The position numbers and the translations under genes are program-made. A model generated the notes under the pieces. The model had not been told where the DNA came from. It saw only the letters and a list, made by a program, of their open reading frames with translations, and did not search any database. From positions 688-64,687 of IMG/VR virus record IMGVR_UViG_3300010352_000628: a stretch of 64,000 nucleotides of DNA. One strand, given 5' to 3'. Shown one piece after another: positions 44,794 to 52,514 of the stretch (position 1 is the first letter of the stretch; each line of letters starts with the position of its first letter). The DNA is from a virus.

Positions 44794-47700
44794 ATGCCGA
44801 CTGATGTCGAAATCCCTGGTGTTGGCGTAGTCGAGTTCCCGGACGGGATGACGAACGATCAGATCGCTGCGGCGATCAGAACGAACATCCTCAAGTCGGC
44901 TCCGCAAGTGGGAGCGGATCTCCCGAACCTGCCTGCTCGTGCGACGGAGGTGGAACCCGAGGGGTCGTGGCTGGTGCGTGGACTTGGCAAAGTCGCAAGC
45001 GCCATGAGTCAAGGGGAAGATGAACCGCGGGAAAAGCCGCATCCTCTAAGCCCCGCTGGGTTTGCCCACGCGGCCATGACGGGCGTCCCGCAGCAGATCA
45101 CTGAAGCGACTGGGAAGAAGTACACGTCGCTGCCTGAGAGAATCGACACGGGGTTCAACGCTCCGGGCGGTCTGCGCGATGTGGCAACCAAGGTTATCGA
45201 CACTGTGGGCGGTCGCGGGACGACGGAGCAACTGAAGCGGAACCTGCCAGCCATCCCGGCCATCGGCGATGTGACCGAGGAAGGTTTGAAGTTCCTCAGC
45301 GGACTGGCCGAGTTCCAATCATCCCCAGTTGGGGTAGCACTTCCCTTGGCTGGGAAGACGGGCCAGATGATGCGGCAAGCCGCCAAGACAGCGCAGGCGG
45401 CGGGTGCCCCTGAAGCTGCCTCGCTCGCACTAAAGGCCAAGATTGCCGAACAGGCGGGCATCGGTGCGGGAGCCGCATTCGGCGCTGACATGACGCAGGC
45501 CGCTGTCGAGCCAGTTCGACAGGCCATCGAAGACCCCACAGTCAAGAACGTAGCCGAAGCCGGGTTCGCCGTCGCGGGTGCGGGGCTGCCGCTCATCCAC
45601 GCCGCCGCCGAAAACAGCAAGACAAAGGCGATGGAATCGGAGAATAAGGCGACCGCTACGGAGAAAGCAACTAAGGCCACAGAGAAGAACCCGGAGTCGG
45701 GGGCGCTTTCCATCCCGAATCCATTCACTCCAACAGAAACGCTTACCCCAGAGCAACAGTGGGCGGACACCTACGCCAAGACCAAGATCGCAGAACGCGA
45801 GGCGGCGAGGGGCGGCAGGACCAAGCGAGCTTTGGATGCGTTTCAGCAGACCGTCGCCAAGGCAAAGACGGAAGGGCTCGACTCGCTCTCTCCGATTCTG
45901 GATGCCACTGCCGCAGCGCAGAAGGAACACAAGTTCGAGATTCTCCCAACATCACGATTTGAGTACTACGCCGACCGGTCGCTTGGCTCCCACGAAGCAT
46001 CCGAGCGGTTCATGGAAAGCAACGGGCTTCTTGACGTTATCAAGTCTCCGGACAAAATGGATCGCTTCGATCAGTTCCTCATCGCCAAGGAAGCTGTCCG
46101 TGAGGCAGCAGCACAAGGGCGCGAAACTGGGCGCGATCTAGAAAGCGATGCCCGCTACGTCGAAGCATGGAAGGACGTACCCGCCGACACTCGTTCGGGA
46201 GGGGTGACCTACGATCAGTTGTCCGAGAAGTTCTACGAGTACGGAAACTCACTCCTGGATTACAGCGTGGATGCTGGGTTGGTTTCAAAGAATGCAGCCG
46301 AGCAGTGGAAGTTGGAGTACGGTGGGGAACACGTTCCATTGGCCCGCGTATTCGAGGCCATCGACCGCGCAGCGCCGGAGTCGGCCAAGCCGAATCGTCA
46401 AGTCGCCCATCTCTCCAAGCAAACCGTTTACGCCAAACGCAAAGGTTCTGCCCGGCAGATCGACAACCCGATGTTCGAGATGATGGAGCGCACCCGCGCC
46501 GCATTCTCTCAGGGTGAGCGGAACAGAGCAGCGCGAACGCTTGCTAGTTACTCGGAACTGCCGGGGCTGAATGAACTAATCCGAGACGCGACGAGAGACA
46601 AGGAAGTTCCAAAAAACTCATTCAGTTATCTAGAAGACGGCAGCCGGAGGGTGTTCGAGACGACGCCGGAGTTCGCGGCTGCGGCCAAGACTCTTGACGC
46701 TCAGACGTTGGGCATCGCGGCAAAGATCGTGGGGTATCCAGCTCGGTTGACGCGGTTCTTCACCACGGACGTTCGCCCCGCATTCGCCGCGGCCAACCTG
46801 CCTGTCGATCTTATGACGACTCTCATCACGTCGAAGAACGCAAAGCAGACGACGCTCAACCCGGCTGTATGGTGGGAGGCGTTCAAGGCGGGAGTTCTAC
46901 ACGGCGAAGAGTGGGGCAAGATCGAAGCGCACGGGGCCGGGTTCACGCAACTCGATCTCTACCGCAACACGCGGGAACATACGCTCGACGCCATCCGCGC
47001 CAGTCGGAGCGGGAAGGACTGGGGCAAGTACGTTGCATCCCATCCCATCCGTTCCTCGGTCGATGTCTTCAGGGCGATGGAAGATGTCATCAGCCGGTCA
47101 GAGCAATTTGGGCGGGCACGAAACTACATCGGAACCAAGAAGGCAGAACTCGCCAAGGGGCACACTCTTGAGGACGCGGAGATTCTTGCCGCCATCGCGT
47201 CCAACAACGAGCTGCCAAACTACCGGCGTTCCGGCAACGTCACTCGCGCCTTCAACGGGATGATCCTCTATCTCAACGCTGGACTCCAGGGCGCAAGAAT
47301 CACGGCACGGGCGATTAAAGACAGACCAATCGAGACGGCCTCGAAGATTGCCGTAGGTCTGTACCTGCCCGTCGCCCTGACGACCTACTACAATCTCAGC
47401 GACCCGGAGCGGAAGAAAATCTACGACGACATCCGCAAGTACGAGAAGGACAACAACCTCATCATCGTGACGCCGGGGGCTCATCTCAACCCCAAGACGA
47501 ACAAGTACGAGGGCATCGTCAAAGTGAAACTCGCTCCCGGCCTGAGCAGCCTGACTGTGCCCGTGCGCCGCGTTATCGAGGCGCAGTACGGAGCGGACCC
47601 AGTGACCTTTCAAGAGGTTGCGACAAAGTTGGTTGGTGCGGTCAGCCCGGTTGAACCGACAGTCAACGGCATGGCAGCGGGCCTCACCCCGCAAATCGTC

Positions 47701-48318
47701 AAGCCGGGAGTTCAGGCGTACACGAACAAGGACTTTTTCCGGGGCAGCCCGAAGTTGCCACGGCGGCTTGAAAACCTCCCGCCCGAGCAACAGGTTATGC
47801 CGAACACCAGCGGCACCATCCGTAAAGCGGCTTCGGCGGCGGGTATCTCGCCCGTCATGGCAGAGGAGTTCATCAAGGATACGATCGGCGGCGCGGCCCC
47901 CGAACTCATCAACGCTGTCGATTCTGCTGCCGCCAGCATGGGCGCGATTCCCCAGGATGAAGTCGGCGGTCAGAACGTGGCTCAGTCCATCACCGCACGG
48001 TTCGAGGAGGCGCGAGGCGGTGAGGTTGACCAGAGAATCTACGACGCGCTTGCGGCCCTACGCGAGAAGGCCGTAAACCAGGCTGTCGGCAAACTCAAGC
48101 AGGATCCGAACTACATCGCCATCAAGGACAAGAACCAGCGCCTCGACATCGAACGCAAGATGGCGAGTTCCGTCACCGCGAAACTCAACGCGATGACCAG
48201 TTCTCACAAGGCTTGGGACGAAGCCACGACGGAGCAGAAGATGGAGGCCATTACCAGTCTTGATCGGATGGTGGGCGGGAAGCCGGTTTTCCGGGGCGGG
48301 GAACGCGTCTCGCCATGA
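44794..48318 (+). CDS. large ejection protein (large-polyvalent-protein-like)
   Basis: VEFPDGMT.DQI N-terminus; P.FA..N...D, NY.R.G, YLNA..QG, Y.....YEKDNN. Confidence 0.7.
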   Translation: MPTDVEIPGVGVVEFPDGMTNDQIAAAIRTNILKSAPQVGADLPNLPARATEVEPEGSWLVRGLGKVASAMSQGEDEPREKPHPLSPAGFAHAAMTGVPQQITEATGKKYTSLPERIDTGFNAPGGLRDVATKVIDTVGGRGTTEQLKRNLPAIPAIGDVTEEGLKFLSGLAEFQSSPVGVALPLAGKTGQMMRQAAKTAQAAGAPEAASLALKAKIAEQAGIGAGAAFGADMTQAAVEPVRQAIEDPTVKNVAEAGFAVAGAGLPLIHAAAENSKTKAMESENKATATEKATKATEKNPESGALSIPNPFTPTETLTPEQQWADTYAKTKIAEREAARGGRTKRALDAFQQTVAKAKTEGLDSLSPILDATAAAQKEHKFEILPTSRFEYYADRSLGSHEASERFMESNGLLDVIKSPDKMDRFDQFLIAKEAVREAAAQGRETGRDLESDARYVEAWKDVPADTRSGGVTYDQLSEKFYEYGNSLLDYSVDAGLVSKNAAEQWKLEYGGEHVPLARVFEAIDRAAPESAKPNRQVAHLSKQTVYAKRKGSARQIDNPMFEMMERTRAAFSQGERNRAARTLASYSELPGLNELIRDATRDKEVPKNSFSYLEDGSRRVFETTPEFAAAAKTLDAQTLGIAAKIVGYPARLTRFFTTDVRPAFAAANLPVDLMTTLITSKNAKQTTLNPAVWWEAFKAGVLHGEEWGKIEAHGAGFTQLDLYRNTREHTLDAIRASRSGKDWGKYVASHPIRSSVDVFRAMEDVISRSEQFGRARNYIGTKKAELAKGHTLEDAEILAAIASNNELPNYRRSGNVTRAFNGMILYLNAGLQGARITARAIKDRPIETASKIAVGLYLPVALTTYYNLSDPERKKIYDDIRKYEKDNNLIIVTPGAHLNPKTNKYEGIVKVKLAPGLSSLTVPVRRVIEAQYGADPVTFQEVATKLVGAVSPVEPTVNGMAAGLTPQIVKPGVQAYTNKDFFRGSPKLPRRLENLPPEQQVMPNTSGTIRKAASAAGISPVMAEEFIKDTIGGAAPELINAVDSAAASMGAIPQDEVGGQNVAQSITARFEEARGGEVDQRIYDALAALREKAVNQAVGKLKQDPNYIAIKDKNQRLDIERKMASSVTAKLNAMTSSHKAWDEATTEQKMEAITSLDRMVGGKPVFRGGERVSP

Positions 48319-48484
48319 ACGCGACAACATCCTGCCGGCGATATCGCACGAACCTGTTCTTGGTGCCCAGCCCCGCGTTGAGGCACTTCAACTTCCCCGC
48401 TTTCTCAAGGTTGCGAACGTGCATGGCGCTGCAATTGAGGTACTCGGCGACCTGCTGAGTTGTCATAAATGGCTGCATTATCAT
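48251..48484 (-). CDS. xis: excisionase-like HTH protein
   Basis: MTTQQVAEYLNCS..HVRNL...GKL...VRY...DV..F; coupled to the integrase. Confidence 0.75.
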   Translation of the reverse strand: MIMQPFMTTQQVAEYLNCSAMHVRNLEKAGKLKCLNAGLGTKNRFVRYRRQDVVAFMARRVPRPGKPASRPPSDQDW

Positions 48485-49296
48485 ACTCCGAAACTCGCAG
48501 ACAGCCGGCCAACGGAATTGGTCAGGTAGTCCGGGGTGTACTTCACATAGACACGCTCGGTCGTGACGATGCTGGTGTGGCCGAGCAGTTTAGAAACCTC
48601 ATTCAGCGGGACTCCCTCCTTGACGAGATTGGTTGCAACGCTGTGGCGCAGGACGTGGGGTGTGACCCATCCCAGTCCAGCCGCCGTGATGGCATTGTGC
48701 CAGGGCCGACGGATGTCGCGCAACTTGCGGCCCCAGAGAACGTAGCCCACGCCGCCGGTCGTCTCGCGCAGCCGGTCGAGGATAGCGGCCAGAGATCCCT
48801 TAATGGGCAGCACGCCAGCTTTCTTGGCGCGAGCCACGCCCCGGTTAAAGTCAACAACCTGCGCGTGCTCATCTACTTGGGACCACCGCAGGGTGAGGAC
48901 CGCACCGGGACGTTGGCCGGTGAGCACCATGATGCGCACGAAGTCTCCGATCCCTGCCGCCTCGGCGGCCACGATGAGAGTGCGCATCTCGTCGATGGTA
49001 CACCAGCGGAGGCGGGGCTTCTCGACGATGTTGGCGAAGATGATGGGCGCGGCGGGAATCCTGCCCGTCTTGGCGCAGTAGCGGATGGACGCTCGCAGCG
49101 TAGCAAGTTCTCGCTTGGCCGTAGCACCGCCGCCCCGCTTGGTGACGTAGCGCAGGATGACGGCGGGCGTCACGTTTTCAACCTTGGTCTTGGCGAGGAC
49201 GGACAGCCGCTTCCATGCGGCCTCCTGCCGCCGCTTGTCAATGATGGTGGGCAGGTGCTCCGACCGGTAGATGTTCCAGCACTCCTCGATGGTCAT
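48481..49296 (-). CDS. int: tyrosine recombinase / integrase
   Basis: TGQR...L.L.W..VD, HVLRHS.AT, LGH......VY; ATG at 49296 preferred because of the promoter position. Confidence 0.9.
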   Translation of the reverse strand: MTIEECWNIYRSEHLPTIIDKRRQEAAWKRLSVLAKTKVENVTPAVILRYVTKRGGGATAKRELATLRASIRYCAKTGRIPAAPIIFANIVEKPRLRWCTIDEMRTLIVAAEAAGIGDFVRIMVLTGQRPGAVLTLRWSQVDEHAQVVDFNRGVARAKKAGVLPIKGSLAAILDRLRETTGGVGYVLWGRKLRDIRRPWHNAITAAGLGWVTPHVLRHSVATNLVKEGVPLNEVSKLLGHTSIVTTERVYVKYTPDYLTNSVGRLSASFGV

Positions 49297-49302
49297 GCCC
49301 CA

Positions 49303-49330
49303 AGCATACAGGAACGCCAACTGCTGTCAA
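49303..49330 (-). promoter_or_regulatory. sigma70-like promoter for a leaderless integrase mRNA
   Basis: TTGACA-16 nt-TATGCT-6 nt-ATG. Confidence 0.65.
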
Positions 49331-49447
49331 GCATTTTCATCTACGGCCATAAGACATTGAGTGGAAACAACTTTCGGCCGCTGTCTATTTGTGGTCGCAA
49401 CTTTAGAGAAAACCGTTTAGAACCATATACTTAGAAAAGGAGAACGT

Positions 49448-49564
49448 ATGAAGCGATATTTGTTTGCCCTGCTGGTGTGCAGCTTGGTTCTGACCGGGCT
49501 GGCCAACGCGGTCAACCAGACGACCAACGCGGCTGGCAATGTGTTCAGGATTATCTGCACCTAG
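49448..49564 (+). CDS. 38-aa signal-peptide-like protein
   Basis: AAGGAG RBS; translated by hand: MKRYLFALLVCSLVLTGLANAVNQTTNAAGNVFRIICT. Confidence 0.55.
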   Translation: MKRYLFALLVCSLVLTGLANAVNQTTNAAGNVFRIICT

Positions 49565-49574
49565 GGGAGCGACC

Positions 49575-51482
49575 ATGCGAGCCATCACCACTGTGATCAT
49601 CGCCTTAGCGTTTAGTGGCGTGATGGTGGCGCAGACTGTCACCATCACCGACACCCTCTATACCGGGCCTGAGAACGAGAAGTTCGTTGGGCGCATCACG
49701 GTGGAGTCGCCCGACATGACGTGCAGTTCGGTGACCTACGTGCGGGGCACGAAGACCTACACCATCACGTCCGGGCTGGTGTCGATCACACTGCCAGCCA
49801 ACACGGGTTGTACGGTCCCGACAGGTCAGCAAAATCAATACCGTGTCCGGCTGGCCCCGAACGGAAACGCGCCGACCGCATGGACCGAAATCTGGGTTAT
49901 TCCCACTTCGCCGTCGCCCACAACGGTTCGGGCTGTGCGGGTGGGCACGGCGGTCGCTACGCCCATCGGAACGGTCGCGCTGGCGCAGCTGGCGCAGTCG
50001 GGGGCCTACCTGTATCAGCCGCTCGCGTGGCTCGGCTCGCACTGGGGACCGCTTACGGCGACAGACGACACTCTCATCATGGGCAACGGCACTGGATTCA
50101 GTCTGAATGTGGTGCCGGATTGCGGAGCCGTGGGCAAGGCGCTGAAGTACACCGCCGCCACGAACACATTTAGTTGCGGCGACACTATCTCCGCCGTGGC
50201 CTGGGGTGGAATCACGGGCACATTGAGCGCACAGACGGACCTCTACGCGGCGCTGACAGCCGATCACGGGACTAACCACGGAGTTGCCGGGTCAGACCCG
50301 GTGACGTTGGCCCAGTCCCAGATCACGAACTTGGTGACGGACCTGAGCGGGAAAGTAGGGACGGGAGATTCTAGGTTGACGGATGCTCGAGCACCTACTG
50401 CTCACGCTTCTAACCACGCAGCAGCCGGTAGTGATCCGGTGACCGTGACAGAGGCGCAGGTGACGGGTCTGGTAACGGACCTTGCGAACAAGGTAGAGGG
50501 GTCCGATTCGCGCCTTACGGATGCCAGGGTACCTACCGCTCATGCCTCCTCCCACGCGGCTGCGGGAAGCGATCCAATGACTATTCCACAGTCGCAGGTA
50601 ACGGATCTCGTCACTGCGCTGTCTGGGAAAGAGGCGACGATTACGACGCTTGGGTTGGCAAAGGGCGGGACGAATAACACTTCTTGGACTGCTGGACGCT
50701 GTGTGCAAGTCGCAGCCGACGGGACGAAGTTGGAGGTAGCGGCGGCGGCTTGTGGCTCTGGGTCCGCAAGCTCCCCATATGCGGTTTCCTTCAGTGGCGA
50801 CACGACAAAGACAGCCACCGCCGCAACGCACGGCCTCGGTACGAACCCCTTGGATGGTGGATGCTACACGGTGACGACCGGGGCGAAGATCAATCCGGCG
50901 TCATGGGCGAAGAACGGCAGCGGCGACGTGACGATCACCGTGGACCCGGCTTGGACCGGGACTTGTTATCTTCACGCCGGCTCTGGGTACACCGGAGGCG
51001 GCGGAGACGTGTCGAGCGTGTTCGGGCGGACCGGGGCCGTGGTCTCGGCGACCAATGACTACGCGTTCAGCCAGATCAGCGGGACCGCTGCAATCTCGCA
51101 GGGCGGCACTGGAGCGACCACGGCGGCGGCTGCGCGCGTCGCGTTGTTTCCATCAATGACCGGCAACGCTCTCAAGCGAGTGAGAGTCAACACCGGCGCG
51201 ACGGATATCGAGTACGTCACGTCATCGTATGACCTCGAGGGCTCGGCTACATTGAACTCGTGGGGGACCATCGCGTCTGGATGTGTCGATAAGAACATTA
51301 CTGTTGTTGGGGCGGTGGGCGGTGACAAGCACTCTCCTGGATGGCCGGCAACGCTTGAAGCTGGGATCGTTGGCATGATGATCCCGGCTACGGATCTTGT
51401 TGTGGTTCGGCTGTGCAACTACTCGGCGACTGGTATTGCCGTCGCAGATGGAAAAACCTTCTCAGTGGGGATTAACCGATGA
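49575..51482 (+). CDS. tail-fibre-like protein with an N-terminal signal peptide
   Basis: MRAITTVIIALAFSGVMVAQ; fibre motifs WGGITGTLSAQTDL, DSRLTDAR.PTAH, VSSVFGRTGAV, GGTGATTAAAAR. Confidence 0.75.
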   Translation: MRAITTVIIALAFSGVMVAQTVTITDTLYTGPENEKFVGRITVESPDMTCSSVTYVRGTKTYTITSGLVSITLPANTGCTVPTGQQNQYRVRLAPNGNAPTAWTEIWVIPTSPSPTTVRAVRVGTAVATPIGTVALAQLAQSGAYLYQPLAWLGSHWGPLTATDDTLIMGNGTGFSLNVVPDCGAVGKALKYTAATNTFSCGDTISAVAWGGITGTLSAQTDLYAALTADHGTNHGVAGSDPVTLAQSQITNLVTDLSGKVGTGDSRLTDARAPTAHASNHAAAGSDPVTVTEAQVTGLVTDLANKVEGSDSRLTDARVPTAHASSHAAAGSDPMTIPQSQVTDLVTALSGKEATITTLGLAKGGTNNTSWTAGRCVQVAADGTKLEVAAAACGSGSASSPYAVSFSGDTTKTATAATHGLGTNPLDGGCYTVTTGAKINPASWAKNGSGDVTITVDPAWTGTCYLHAGSGYTGGGGDVSSVFGRTGAVVSATNDYAFSQISGTAAISQGGTGATTAAAARVALFPSMTGNALKRVRVNTGATDIEYVTSSYDLEGSATLNSWGTIASGCVDKNITVVGAVGGDKHSPGWPATLEAGIVGMMIPATDLVVVRLCNYSATGIAVADGKTFSVGINR

Positions 51483-52507
51483 AACACTTCCTGATGATTT
51501 TGCTTTTGGTGAGCATCGCATCCGCCCAGACCGAGACGCGTGGGGCCAGCACGCAGACCGGCACCTACACAAACACGGCTGGCATCAACGCCTCGGCTGC
51601 CAGCGTTGTGCGAGTGTCCGAGGGGACCACTGTGCCGGGTTCCTGCACGGGCGGGCAACTGTTTGTGAAGACGGACGCATCAGCAGGGCAGAATCTCTAC
51701 ACCTGCTCAGGCGGGACGTACACCGTTATTGGAGGTTCTGGGAGCGCGGCCACGGCGGGCTACGGCATCAGCATCAGCGGGACAGCAATCTCGTACGACC
51801 CCACTGACATGCGCCAAAAAGTGCTGGTGGATGATTTTGTTGCCCCTGTCGGGACTGCCGACAGCTTTAGTGTAGGTGCGCTGCATTGGCGTTACGGGCA
51901 CGGTGGGACGTGTACAGCGAGCTTGGTTTCTGCGAGCAATTGGGAAGACTTTGGGCAGTGGGAGGTCACCACGGGCACGACCAGCGGCAACGGGTGCTGG
52001 CTCAATTTTCAGAGCGGTGGATACGGACCAGCAACGCAATTTTACGCGAACACGGACAAGCCGTGGAATCTCATTTGGAGAGTAAAGGTCGACGCGACGA
52101 CCAACGTGATCCTTTACGCTGGACTTCAGGGGCTCTACAACGGCGACCCGCCCGGCGACAAAGGTTTCTTTTTCCGCTACTCAACTACCGCCAGCGACAC
52201 AGATTTTATGTTGGTCAGTCGAGCGTCCTCGACCGATACAGCGGTGTCGATGGGGGTCGCGGCGAACACTTCCTATAACATATTCCATCTGTACTCAGAT
52301 GGAGTGACAGCGAACAAAATCTATGCCTCCGTCAACGGGGGGACGGCTAAAACGATCTGTGCCAGTGGTTGTGACATCACAACCAACATCTCAACTACTG
52401 GTAATATGCAGCCCTTTGTGGCGAACTTCATCAACTCAACTTCCGCTAGGAAGATGAGCGTCGAGAAGTTGGTCATGCCGCTCATCACGAGCACGGCTGC
52501 GAGGTAG
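51479..52507 (+). CDS. secreted-type beta-sandwich protein
   Basis: signal peptide MKHFLMILLLVSIASAQ; lectin-like C-terminus. Confidence 0.65.
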   Translation: MKHFLMILLLVSIASAQTETRGASTQTGTYTNTAGINASAASVVRVSEGTTVPGSCTGGQLFVKTDASAGQNLYTCSGGTYTVIGGSGSAATAGYGISISGTAISYDPTDMRQKVLVDDFVAPVGTADSFSVGALHWRYGHGGTCTASLVSASNWEDFGQWEVTTGTTSGNGCWLNFQSGGYGPATQFYANTDKPWNLIWRVKVDATTNVILYAGLQGLYNGDPPGDKGFFFRYSTTASDTDFMLVSRASSTDTAVSMGVAANTSYNIFHLYSDGVTANKIYASVNGGTAKTICASGCDITTNISTTGNMQPFVANFINSTSARKMSVEKLVMPLITSTAAR

Positions 52508-52514
52508 ACCACGC

